DNA of 64,000 nt from Oculatellaceae cyanobacterium bins.114 (GCA_033764315.1 JANRJA010000018.1:17496-81495), one strand, 5' to 3'. Shown: positions 43,645 through 52,669, counted from the stretch's first letter. The notes: generated by a model from the sequence alone, not told the origin. Numbers and translations are program-made.

Positions 43645-44364
43645 ATGACAAATCCCAGCAAAGAATCTATTGCTGTCCAAATTTCGCCTTCAACTAAGAC
43701 GGTTGGATTCTGGTCTGCGGTACTTGCTACAGCGTTCAGCATCACATACATCGTGGGACAATTTGCCGAATGGTTGGGACTAATGGGGTCTCAAGGAGGT
43801 CCCGCGAGTGGTAGTACGCCTTTTGGGCTGGTGGTATTGCTAACACCGTCACTCTTCCTTGGTTCCTCGTTTCTCGTGCTTGTCGTGAGCATTCACCAAC
43901 TGACGCCTCCCGACAGAAGAATCTGGAGTCATGCTGCCGTTGTATTCGCTACCATTTACGCAGTCCTGATCAGCATTGTCTACTTTGTTCAGCTCACGCT
44001 CGTTGCACCTCGTGTTGCTCACGGGCAGATCGAAGGCATTGAGGCGTTTCTATTTGTGCCCTTCGATTCATTTCTGTATTCCGTGGATATTCTTGGGTAC
44101 AGCTTCATGAGTGTGGCTACCTTGTTTGCTGCACAGGTATTTACGGGTAGCGGGTTATATCGGGTTGTGCGGTTGTTTCTGATCACAAATGGGTTGTTAC
44201 TTCCCTTCATCGCGCTACAAATATATTTCCATTCGTTGATATGGGTTGCAGCACTTTGGGCAGTGACGTTTCCGGGATCAACGTGGACACTTGCTATCCT
44301 CTTTCGACGTACTGCAACTACAGGAACTATTCCTAACAGTTCGGTGGATGAGACTCAGGAGTAG
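43645..44364 (+). CDS. hypothetical multi-TM membrane protein (cassette 1)
   Basis: 239 aa hydrophobic ORF between the attI-like site and attC1. Confidence 0.75.
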   Translation: MTNPSKESIAVQISPSTKTVGFWSAVLATAFSITYIVGQFAEWLGLMGSQGGPASGSTPFGLVVLLTPSLFLGSSFLVLVVSIHQLTPPDRRIWSHAAVVFATIYAVLISIVYFVQLTLVAPRVAHGQIEGIEAFLFVPFDSFLYSVDILGYSFMSVATLFAAQVFTGSGLYRVVRLFLITNGLLLPFIALQIYFHSLIWVAALWAVTFPGSTWTLAILFRRTATTGTIPNSSVDETQE

Positions 44365-44381
44365 CAAAATAGTCGCCTTGC

Positions 44382-44468
44382 GCCTAACAACCGCGCTGCA
44401 CCGGAACGTTTCAGTATGGTCGGTTTGTTGCGAAGGTTGTTTGCGTCCGGTGAGCGCGACCGTTATGC
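44382..44468 (+). other. attC site 1
   Basis: GCCTAAC-AAC-CGCGCTGCACCGGAACG...CGTCCGGTGAGCGCG-ACC-GTTATGC; imperfect palindrome with extrahelical bases; 87 bp. Confidence 0.88.
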
Positions 44469-44618
44469 TGCCTCAAGTTATCTGTGGGAGCGCAAGCTGA
44501 AATCTCTCTGTGAGACACAGTGCCCAAGTAGCGATGAGTTTTTTGCTGAGACGCAATTGGGAGGTGATCGGTAAGCTACAATTCCTAATAGATTATTCTT
44601 TTCATCGCAGGTTGGGTA

Positions 44619-44909
44619 GTGCGAAAACAGGAAGTCCTGACATTACTGGTAAAGCACCAAAACACGCTGAAGGATTTTGGCGTAAAGTCTCTGATGCTGT
44701 TCGGCTCAGTGGCAAGAGATGAAGCGCGAACAGACAGCGATGTTGATCTGCTAGTAGAGTTTGATCGTCCGGTCGGGCTGTTTGCCTTTGTACGCTTGAA
44801 ACGATACCTGGAAGAGATTTTAGAGAGTTCAGTTGATCTGGGTACGCCCGACTCCCTCAAACCTTATTTACGAGAACCCATTTTTCGGGAGGCGATTCGT
44901 GCCTTCTAG
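44619..44909 (+). CDS. minimal nucleotidyltransferase antitoxin (MntA-like)
   Basis: FGSVARDEARTDSDVDLLVEF (GS-x10-DxD). Confidence 0.88.
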   Translation: MRKQEVLTLLVKHQNTLKDFGVKSLMLFGSVARDEARTDSDVDLLVEFDRPVGLFAFVRLKRYLEEILESSVDLGTPDSLKPYLREPIFREAIRAF

Positions 44910-45237
44910 AGATTGGCAAAATCGAGTAAGGGATGTACTAGCCGCGATCGCAGAAATCCGAGAGTTCACCAACGAAATAACCTTTGAGGAATTTCAGAGC
45001 GATCGCAAAACAATCAGAGCAGTTTTGTATAACTTTGCAATCATTGGTGAAGCAGTTCGTGGCATTCCGCCTGATGTAGAAGCGTTACATCCTGAAATTC
45101 CCTGGGACGATGTACGTGGAATGCGAAATATTGTGATTCACGAGTATTTTCAGGTGAATCTATCGATCATCTGGCAAACGATTCAAGAAGACATTGTTTT
45201 ATTAGAGATCTCGCTTCGTCAACTAATAAACCCTTAA
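44899..45237 (+). CDS. HEPN (DUF86) ribonuclease toxin (HepT-like)
   Basis: IIGEA and RNIVIHEY (Rx4HxY); GTG start overlaps the MNT gene. Confidence 0.88.
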   Translation: MPSRDWQNRVRDVLAAIAEIREFTNEITFEEFQSDRKTIRAVLYNFAIIGEAVRGIPPDVEALHPEIPWDDVRGMRNIVIHEYFQVNLSIIWQTIQEDIVLLEISLRQLINP

Positions 45238-45278
45238 GCCCGATTGATTACGCTGTTAACTTTAGTAGATGAGCTTAG

Positions 45279-45740
45279 ATGCAACAGTCAGAGGATGCGA
45301 ATACACCGAAACCATTGAGCCGAGTACAACGCTGGGAAATAGTACGAACTTTGCTACAACGTGAAAACTTGAGAATTGAGGCAAGAGAGGCATTTCGTCA
45401 GGCTTATCCCAATGCCCCAGAGGAGATGCTAACAACGGCTGTTTTTCATACTTGCGTTGATGGAATTGGAGCCGCAATAGATTGGCTAGTTGATTTAGAA
45501 CTATTTTTACGTGAACCGAGTCGAGAACTTGATATGGGTACCACATATTACCTGTTGTACCATCTTTACAATTGGTATCAGTTTCATGTATTGCTTCCAG
45601 ATGGAAGGACAGGCGTGTTAGAACGTCTTAAAGAAATTAGGGAGTTGATTGCAGATGGAGAGATAGAGGCAATTCTTGCAACAGTTGAGGAGTTAGAAGC
45701 GATGTTTGAAGGTGGTCGAAATAATCCTGATTTTCAGTAA
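45279..45740 (+). CDS. hypothetical protein (third gene of cassette 2)
   Basis: 153 aa ORF ending 6 bp before the ACATAAC box. Confidence 0.7.
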   Translation: MQQSEDANTPKPLSRVQRWEIVRTLLQRENLRIEAREAFRQAYPNAPEEMLTTAVFHTCVDGIGAAIDWLVDLELFLREPSRELDMGTTYYLLYHLYNWYQFHVLLPDGRTGVLERLKEIRELIADGEIEAILATVEELEAMFEGGRNNPDFQ

Positions 45741-45989
45741 GCAGCAACATAACATAGCCTCTGAGCCGGACGAGGTCAAGTAGATCTTGAAGAATTCTGT
45801 TCATTCTCATTGCTCATTACATACACAGACATGTTCATTTAACTGACTCTAAATATGGATTTACAGCATCTATTTTGGAGTCAGTTATTTTGTCTATTCG
45901 TGTTATATTTTTTGGTGCTTTAGCGTCTTTTTACTTTGAATGGGAGTTAGGTTGCTGTGCTCATTCTCTTGCTTTAAGGATTGGCAATG

Positions 45990-47231
45990 TCATAGAGCTA
46001 ATGGCTTAGCAATAGGAGATCCCTTGCGTTTTAAGGATGCAAGATATTTGGCTTCATCGTAGGCTTCCCGGTTCTTCCAACACCGAAACAAAATGCGAAT
46101 CCACTTGAACGCCAGTGACCGCATCGCCGCGGGATGGGATTTGCCCTTAGACCGTTGCATCTGGTAATAAGCTTGTGCCCAGCCACAATGATGACGGCTG
46201 TGATTGGCCCACTCCACAAAGGTCTGTCTCAAGAAGATCGGACAACTCCAACGCCAATGCACCCAGTTCTTTTTGCCGCTACTCTCTTTAACCGGCGCAA
46301 TACCGAAGTAGCACATCATCTGCTGGGCATTCTCAAAACGTGTCCTATCTTCTCCAAAAGCTGCCAGTAATCGCGGAGCCAGATGCTCTCCAGCCCCAGG
46401 TAGAGCCGCAAACCACGCCGCATCCGAAAAGCTGGTAAAGCACTGGTCAATTTTGAGCGTCAGTTCCACTAAGCTTGCCAACAGGGGCTTTAACTGACCG
46501 ATCAAGGTTTGCACTAACCATTGCATCGGCTCAACAATGCCTGGGTCTTCCGTTAAAGGAATACCGGACGCTGCAATCCGCTCAATCCGACGGGCGATTG
46601 CACTGCGACGAATGACACGATGCTGCTGAAAGAATTGGGTAAGTTCTTCTGAACTTGCCGCTTGAGCAGCTTTGAGAGTGGGATAGCGTTCAAGAAACTC
46701 ACAAAACACCTGGGTGTCCTTGTCCTCAAACCAATCAAGCACTTGAGGGTAATAGTTTTTGAGGGCCGAGGTAAGACGATTGGTCAACCGCACCTTCTCG
46801 CCCACTAGCATTCTCCTGGACTCAACCCACGGTCGCAGTGCTCGCATCTGAGCGCTTTCTGGACGCCAAACGGGTAATTTGTCTCCATGCTTTCGCAACA
46901 GTTCGACCAAAATCCGAGCATCAATCGGGTCTGACTTGGCACGAGATGGCTGAAAGGCTTTGCGGTAATTGGAAACAGTGCGGGGATTGATGGGAAAAAG
47001 CACCAGGTTTTCGTACTGGCAAAGCGCATAAACCAGTGGGCCACGTTTTTGCTCCAAGCATACGGCGAGCAAGGCAGTGCCATAGCGTTTTCGTAGTCCC
47101 TCGACCCAAGCAGCAATGGCATCAGGTTGTGATCCAATGACCAACTCTTCGGCTTCCCCTGTGGCGCAATCGTAAAGATAAATGTCATGTTTGCGGTCAG
47201 CCCAATCAATACCGATGTAAGCAGCGTACAC
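45990..47231 (-). CDS. IS110-family transposase (DEDD recombinase)
   Basis: YIGIDWADRKH, VCLEQ and KSDPIDA (DEDD); PGAGEHLA; GIAPVKESSGK. Confidence 0.95.
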   Translation of the reverse strand: MYAAYIGIDWADRKHDIYLYDCATGEAEELVIGSQPDAIAAWVEGLRKRYGTALLAVCLEQKRGPLVYALCQYENLVLFPINPRTVSNYRKAFQPSRAKSDPIDARILVELLRKHGDKLPVWRPESAQMRALRPWVESRRMLVGEKVRLTNRLTSALKNYYPQVLDWFEDKDTQVFCEFLERYPTLKAAQAASSEELTQFFQQHRVIRRSAIARRIERIAASGIPLTEDPGIVEPMQWLVQTLIGQLKPLLASLVELTLKIDQCFTSFSDAAWFAALPGAGEHLAPRLLAAFGEDRTRFENAQQMMCYFGIAPVKESSGKKNWVHWRWSCPIFLRQTFVEWANHSRHHCGWAQAYYQMQRSKGKSHPAAMRSLAFKWIRILFRCWKNREAYDEAKYLASLKRKGSPIAKPLAL

Positions 47232-47276
47232 GTCCTAATTCATAATGTTATTCTCGAATTACAGTTGGTGATGCAA

Positions 47277-47468
47277 CTGGGACGGCTTCTGCTCAAGGCG
47301 ATAAAGATTATGGAAGGTGTTGCCGCACCGACCTCTGAGGATTCGTTGGAGAGAGAAGCACAGGGTGGGGCGAGGCGATATGTTAGTAGACATCGAATGT
47401 CATCAAGTGCATGGTCGTCTCCTACCCTGCGTCCCAGTGATGAAGCTGAGTTTATATCCTCTGCTTCA
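47277..47468 (-). ncRNA. candidate IS110 bridge RNA
   Basis: Predicted 5' hairpin (47441-47468) and two stem-loops closed by the 47277-47284/47430-47437 stem; the internal loops match the attC target and the element ends. Confidence 0.65.
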
Positions 47469-47484
47469 GTCCTGTCCTCCCATA

Positions 47485-47565
47485 AATTCAAATGCAGCGG
47501 ACGGTTGACAGCCGCTGGTACTGAGTTTTAGGCTAACTGCCGCCGCTGCATTTGAGTCGTTATGC
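47485..47565 (+). other. attC site 2 (right part; R'' box at 45747-45753 separated by the IS)
   Basis: TCAAATGCAGCGG...CCGCTGCATTTGA-GTC-GTTATGC. Confidence 0.8.
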
Positions 47566-47669
47566 ATATATTCAACCTTAAAAGAGTCAAGCTGGGAGCG
47601 ATCGCCCAGGTTGATTTGGTCAGCTTAACTCCCTACCGTTATGCATATGTTCAACATTAGAAGAGTCAA
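47558..47669 (+). repeat. 33-bp direct repeat of a cassette 5' leader (47558-47590 and 47637-47669)
   Basis: CGTTATGCATATATTCAACCTTAAAAGAGTCAA vs CGTTATGCATATGTTCAACATTAGAAGAGTCAA; 3 mismatches. Confidence 0.85.
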
Positions 47670-47674
47670 AGGTT

Positions 47675-48319
47675 ATGACAGAACAAGTTAATACTCAAAT
47701 TCCTATTTCTCCCCACTTCTTTTGTGATGGTATGGGATACGTATTGACCTCATCGAGTCTGGGTGGAAGTAATCTGACTCCTGATCAAATTTCTAGCATT
47801 GTTTTGGATGGTTCTGCTGACGATATGACTCCCCTTTTGACTCAGGGGATCTGTATGCCTGTTCTCTTTGATGGCGATTGTGCTTTAGATCGCAGTACAC
47901 TTTTCGTCCTTGGCGACTTAACGCCAGAGCAAGAGCGGGATTGGAGAGCGCGGTTAACCTGGAAATTACGAATTCCTTGTGGAAAATTAATCTTGTTATG
48001 CAGTTGTATAGCAGAAGATCTTGCTCATGCCATTTCTGGAAAACCCCCAACAAAACACTTTGAAATTTTTCAGGTAGTAGATATTCCTCCTGATTCGTAC
48101 TTGGTTGAGATCTATGCTTATTCATCCAGCTTGACGGTCATCATGACACTGGATGACGAAGAATATGAAGAGTTTGAGAAAACTATGCCCGAAAAAGATT
48201 ATGACAAGGAAGGAAACTTAACTTTAGTGAATTACATCATTCGTCTATCATCTCTCAAAAGTGAACCCAACATGCCCCAACATAGTGGTTCCTGGTTTGA
48301 TACTTTTACTTTCCGCTAA
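47675..48319 (+). CDS. hypothetical protein (cassette gene)
   Basis: 214 aa, AT-rich, same orientation as the array. Confidence 0.7.
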   Translation: MTEQVNTQIPISPHFFCDGMGYVLTSSSLGGSNLTPDQISSIVLDGSADDMTPLLTQGICMPVLFDGDCALDRSTLFVLGDLTPEQERDWRARLTWKLRIPCGKLILLCSCIAEDLAHAISGKPPTKHFEIFQVVDIPPDSYLVEIYAYSSSLTVIMTLDDEEYEEFEKTMPEKDYDKEGNLTLVNYIIRLSSLKSEPNMPQHSGSWFDTFTFR

Positions 48320-48328
48320 ACATAATTT

Positions 48329-48904
48329 ATGCAAGTTATTGAGCACACCGAAGTAAAGTTAGTCCTTACACTTGATGAGAATCAGATATTACATAATGCA
48401 ATCTTGATGGCAAGCGTATTTATATTTGCTGGAATGTTGATGTTTGGTGCAGATTTTAGATCAAATCCTAACTATGAACTCATTTCCGCACAAAATCTAA
48501 ATTTTGTCATTAAAATAATGGGAGGTATTTCAATACTAATTGGTTTGTTTTCCGTCTGGGCTGGAATAAATAATCGAGACAATACCTATATCTTTGATAA
48601 AGAGAACTCTATATTTAGAGTTACAGGAAAGAATTTGTTAGGTTCCTATACAAAAGACTATTCTATCTCTGCTATTAAGGACGTAACGCTACATGTTACA
48701 TCTACTCAGCCCATAGACCTTCCTGACAACAATTTTTATGGATCTTTAGTTCCTACACCTGATAAGTTCAATATTTCTCTTGAGCTAGAAGGTGAAGCAT
48801 TTTCAGAAAAAGTTTTTTTACATTACCAAGACTCGAATTTTCAATTAATGAGTAGTCTTGTAAATACAATTAGAGATTTTCTTGAGATGACGGATGACAA
48901 ATGA
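48329..48904 (+). CDS. hypothetical two-TM membrane protein (cassette gene)
   Basis: 191 aa, very AT-rich, two hydrophobic segments. Confidence 0.7.
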   Translation: MQVIEHTEVKLVLTLDENQILHNAILMASVFIFAGMLMFGADFRSNPNYELISAQNLNFVIKIMGGISILIGLFSVWAGINNRDNTYIFDKENSIFRVTGKNLLGSYTKDYSISAIKDVTLHVTSTQPIDLPDNNFYGSLVPTPDKFNISLELEGEAFSEKVFLHYQDSNFQLMSSLVNTIRDFLEMTDDK

Positions 48905-48977
48905 CAGCAAACGAACGCATTGTAGGCTATCTACATCATCTGAGATTGGCAACGGTATGTCAGTTCGATCGTTATGT
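48899..48977 (+). other. degenerate attC site 3
   Basis: Ends GTTCG-ATC-GTTATGT with partial left arm CGAAC; R'' box decayed. Confidence 0.5.
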
Positions 48978-49056
48978 TTACCACGCTGCTATTTTTGTAC
49001 AAGTGAATCTACAAAATGAAATGTGATGCTGTGTGCCAGTTGGGGAATCCATATCA

Positions 49057-49587
49057 ATGCAAACAAGGGAAATAATAAAACCAGGTAGGATCGCTGCTCT
49101 ACTGCTCTTCTTAATATTTGGAGGTTTCTGGTCACCTATACTCTTTCAATCCATTCCTCGTATATTTTATCCTGACACTTTGACTATAAGTTGCCATAAG
49201 GTGTCTGCAATTACTAATTGTGAAATAGTTCGGCAGTACGGTTCTGGGGAAAGATTGGTTAAATCATACTTAAATGTAATAGGAGTAGAGCCACCATCAA
49301 GTCAGCCTCAAGGAAAGACACTTGTTCCAGTATTTTTAGTAACCAGAAGTGGCAATGAGCTTCTGTTTCCTCTGGAAGACCCTGTAGTTAGTATGTATAA
49401 AAAAACTGAAATAAAGTATGAGATTGGGCAGTTTCTAAATAACAGTGAAACCCTATTAATAATCACCTTAAATAACCGTGCCGATGCAGCTTTTACATTT
49501 GTGTTTCTAGGGATCTTGCTTTTCCCTTGTTGCTTTTATGTAGTGAGAGACTTATGCAATTTATTAAAGGAATTCAAAGTTTTGTAG
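49057..49587 (+). CDS. hypothetical membrane protein (cassette gene)
   Basis: N- and C-terminal TM segments; AT-rich; start at 49033 or 49057. Confidence 0.65.
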   Translation: MQTREIIKPGRIAALLLFLIFGGFWSPILFQSIPRIFYPDTLTISCHKVSAITNCEIVRQYGSGERLVKSYLNVIGVEPPSSQPQGKTLVPVFLVTRSGNELLFPLEDPVVSMYKKTEIKYEIGQFLNNSETLLIITLNNRADAAFTFVFLGILLFPCCFYVVRDLCNLLKEFKVL

Positions 49588-49613
49588 ATTTATAAGAAAA
49601 CCCTGAGCTTGAT

Positions 49614-49702
49614 GTATAACAAGTTGCTGCACCGGAACGGAGCCATAATTTATCTGTCGAGTTCCAAAAGCTACTGCCGTCCGGTGAGCTTGGTCGTTAG
49701 CC
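49614..49702 (+). other. attC site 4
   Basis: GTATAAC-AAGTT-GCTGCACCGGAACGG...CCGTCCGGTGAGC-TTGGTC-GTTAGCC; arms nearly identical to attC1. Confidence 0.88.
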
Positions 49703-49867
49703 CTTAAGTCCCTGGTAGTGATGTAGCTTGGATTTTGGGGGAACCGATGGGATTGGCAGTGTGGGGCGACAGCTCTAAGCGGATCGATTTGCAGGCAACG
49801 GCACTCAGCACAATGCGTTTGATGGCACAACAGAAGCTAAAGGAGAAAGCGATCGCCCGCTCACCCT

Positions 49868-50416
49868 TTACTCCGGGTGCAGCAAAGCCTCTGGCAATTG
49901 ATGCAGAATGCGCTCAAAGATGGCTGTGTTGTTGAGTCCACGGGTCAATACCAGTCCGCCTTGAATCAGCGCGATCGCCTCTTCAGCCCTTTGACGGGCA
50001 GTCATCGGTGTGATGCCAGCCTCTACTAACACGTCCGCCACACTATCAATCCAGAGGTTGAGTGCTTGTTGCACGCGCTCCTGAAATAATTCATGGGCCT
50101 CTCCGACGCTGAGGAGTGCTAATAAACAATCCTGCTGACCCTGTTGGTAAAAGGCATCGACATTTTGGTTCATCGCCTGGAGGCGATCGCGGGGTGAGCG
50201 ATCGCTGCGTAAGGGTGCTAACAAATTTTCCTTTAACGCCTGGGTCACGTACTCCAGAACAGCATCAGCCATTTCTTCCTTGCCATTCGGGAAATAGTGA
50301 TAGAGACTGGCTCGCTTCAGCCCAGTTGCCTCAGAAAATCGGGTGATGCTAGCCCCTTCGTAGCCATATTCCTGAAATACCGCCATCAACTGGGGGATGA
50401 CTTCTGCTCTAGCCAT
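49868..50416 (-). CDS. TetR/AcrR-family transcriptional regulator
   Basis: GYEGASITRFSEATGLKRASLYHYFPNGKEE HTH; likely ATG at 50416. Confidence 0.92.
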   Translation of the reverse strand: MARAEVIPQLMAVFQEYGYEGASITRFSEATGLKRASLYHYFPNGKEEMADAVLEYVTQALKENLLAPLRSDRSPRDRLQAMNQNVDAFYQQGQQDCLLALLSVGEAHELFQERVQQALNLWIDSVADVLVEAGITPMTARQRAEEAIALIQGGLVLTRGLNNTAIFERILHQLPEALLHPE

Positions 50417-50448
50417 GAGTGCCCTCAAAAAAGGTTTTGCGTTCCTAC

Positions 50449-50500
50449 TTGACAGCATACCAAACGTTCGGTAGTTTAAGAATATACCGAACGTTTGGTA
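50449..50500 (+). promoter_or_regulatory. sigma70-type promoter with two TetR-like palindromic operators
   Basis: TTGACA (50449)-17 bp-TAGTTT (50472); operators TACCAAACGTTCGGTA (50458-50473) and its exact reverse complement TACCGAACGTTTGGTA (50485-50500). Confidence 0.75.
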
Positions 50501-50685
50501 AAGAAGGCGGGGCGATATAACCTACAAGGAGCAAATTGATGAAACCTCCATTTAAAGAGCGCTTGGCGGTGATTGCAGGAGCAGCAGACTGTATCACGGG
50601 TCAGCCTTCTTGAACCAGAACTGCCCGCCACTGAATGGCAAATTCTATGCAAAACACACGTGTACAAAACACAAGGAGTAATATC

Positions 50686-51543
50686 ATGACGACCTACAAC
50701 ACTATTTCGATCGATGGCTTGAATATTTTCTATCGGGAGGCCGGTTCAAAGGACAATCCGACCATTGTTCTCCTGCATGGCTATCCAGCATCGTCTCACA
50801 TGTATCGAGATTTGATTAACCAGCTATCCGATCAGTTTCACTTGATTGCACCCGATTATCCTGGGTTTGGCAACAGCGATACACCACCAATCGATCAATT
50901 TGAATACAGCTTTGATCATCTCGCTGATATTACCGAGCATTTCTTGCAAGCTCTGGAATTAAATCGCTTCAGTCTGTATGTGCAAGATTACGGCGCGCCC
51001 GTTGGGTTTCGGATTGCCAGCCGCCATCCCAAATGGATTCAATCGCTGATTGTGCAGAATGGGAATGCCTATGAGGAAGGGTTGACTCCGGCTTGGCAAG
51101 CTTTCCGTAATTTGTGGAGCGATCGCAGCGAAGCGACCGAAGCACCTGTACGCGATTTTCTCAAGCGCGATACGACGATTTTCTTTTACACAGCCGGGGT
51201 GCGCGATCGCCAAAACATCAATCCCGACAATTGGAATCTTGACCAATCCTTCCTGGATCGCCCAGAGAACGCGGCGGCTCAATTGGAACTGTTCTACAAC
51301 TACCGGGCGAACCTGGAGCAGTATCCCCAGTGGCATGAGTACTTCCGCACCCACCAGCCGCCGACGCTCATTGTCTGGGGTAAGAACGACCCGTTCTTTG
51401 GTCTAGAGGGAGCCAATGCATTCCAACGAGATCTGAAAACGATTGAGGTGCATCTGCTCGATACGGGGCATTTTGTCCTGGATGAAGAAGGTGAGGCGAT
51501 CGCCGCCCACATCCGTCGCTTTCTTCCGGCTCACTTGGGTTAG
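50686..51543 (+). CDS. alpha/beta hydrolase (epoxide hydrolase/dehalogenase-like)
   Basis: LLHGYP, PDYPGFG, QDYG nucleophile motif, TGHF; AAGGAG RBS. Confidence 0.9.
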   Translation: MTTYNTISIDGLNIFYREAGSKDNPTIVLLHGYPASSHMYRDLINQLSDQFHLIAPDYPGFGNSDTPPIDQFEYSFDHLADITEHFLQALELNRFSLYVQDYGAPVGFRIASRHPKWIQSLIVQNGNAYEEGLTPAWQAFRNLWSDRSEATEAPVRDFLKRDTTIFFYTAGVRDRQNINPDNWNLDQSFLDRPENAAAQLELFYNYRANLEQYPQWHEYFRTHQPPTLIVWGKNDPFFGLEGANAFQRDLKTIEVHLLDTGHFVLDEEGEAIAAHIRRFLPAHLG

Positions 51544-51646
51544 TCGATCAACCCTTAGCAACTGGCTGGATCGATCTAATGGCTACAACGCTGGTTGCCA
51601 AGGTTACAGTTTCGGCGATCGATTCAACTCCTCAGAGGACACAACC

Positions 51647-51937
51647 ATGTCAGTTTATTTTGTCGTTTCGCTCAACATTACCGATGCTGATCGATTTATG
51701 CAGTATTTTCAGGCAGTCCTGCCGCTGATCAAACAACGCGGCGGGCGATTAATTGCTCAGGGAACGCCCGAAACGATCGAAGGCAACACGACAGGCTCGC
51801 AATCGGCTGTGTTTGAGTGGTCTTCCCGTCAAGCCTTTCTCGACTACTGGCACTCAAAAGAGTACGCCGAGATCAGAAAACTGCGTGAAGGTGCCGTAGA
51901 GTTTCAGGGAATCATTGTCGAAGGAGTGGTCGGATGA
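51647..51937 (+). CDS. DUF1330-family protein
   Basis: GGRLIA, IEG, EW.S, YWHSKEYAEIRKLR; GAGGA RBS. Confidence 0.8.
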   Translation: MSVYFVVSLNITDADRFMQYFQAVLPLIKQRGGRLIAQGTPETIEGNTTGSQSAVFEWSSRQAFLDYWHSKEYAEIRKLREGAVEFQGIIVEGVVG

Positions 51938-52575
51938 AACTCATCTCCGTTTGTGTTGGCTTGCCACGCGAAGTCAACTGGAAGGGCAAACCTGTCACAA
52001 CTGGTATTTTTAAGCAGCCTGTACAGGGGCGAGTGATGATGCGATCGCTAAATCTAGAGGGCGATCAACAAGCGGATCTAACCGTTCACGGGGGTGTCGA
52101 GAAAGCCATTTACGCTTATCCGATGGAGCATTACACTTACTGGCGGCAGGAACTACCGGATGAAGCACTCCCCTGGGGTGCATTTGGTGAAAATCTGACC
52201 GTAGAAGGCTTATTGGAAACAACTGTGAACATTGGCGATCGCTTTCGCATCGGCAATGCCGAAGTGATGGTAACGCAGCCCCGGTTTCCTTGCTTCAAAC
52301 TCAATCTCAAGTTTGGCCGCGACGATATGGTCAAACGGTTCCTGAACAGTCGTTTGAGCGGCATTTATTTCTCAGTGTCGCAAGAAGGTGAAATTGGAGC
52401 AGGTGATGCGATCGAACTCATAGAGCGCGACGAACACAATATTACAGTTGCTGACATTGTGCGAATCTACGTGCGTGAAGCGAATGATGATTTGGTCCGT
52501 CGTGCCATTCAAGTACCCGCTTTGGCAGCCGAGTTGAAGACTTACTTTCAGCAGCAAATTGAACAACGCCATTAA
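51934..52575 (+). CDS. MOSC-domain protein (YiiM-like)
   Basis: VHGGVEKAIY, FGENLT, TQPRFPCFKL. Confidence 0.9.
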   Translation: MKLISVCVGLPREVNWKGKPVTTGIFKQPVQGRVMMRSLNLEGDQQADLTVHGGVEKAIYAYPMEHYTYWRQELPDEALPWGAFGENLTVEGLLETTVNIGDRFRIGNAEVMVTQPRFPCFKLNLKFGRDDMVKRFLNSRLSGIYFSVSQEGEIGAGDAIELIERDEHNITVADIVRIYVREANDDLVRRAIQVPALAAELKTYFQQQIEQRH

Positions 52576-52669
52576 GCTAGACTTTTGGCATGAGGATTGA
52601 GGCTCTAATGGATCACGATGACCGCGATAGCACGATCCAATGTAGACTAGCCAATCGACGTTCTAAACG

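Larger units (their letters stand above)
45753..47484 (-). mobile_element. IS110-family element inserted in attC site 2
   Basis: Both junctions carry CATA (45753-45756 and 47481-47484); the left flank is the attC R'' box ACATAAC and the right flank is the rest of the attC palindrome. Confidence 0.8.

Noticed and set aside
47187..47531. Short ORFs upstream of the IS110 transposase
   Set aside because: No recognisable domains; the region is better explained as structured non-coding RNA plus attC
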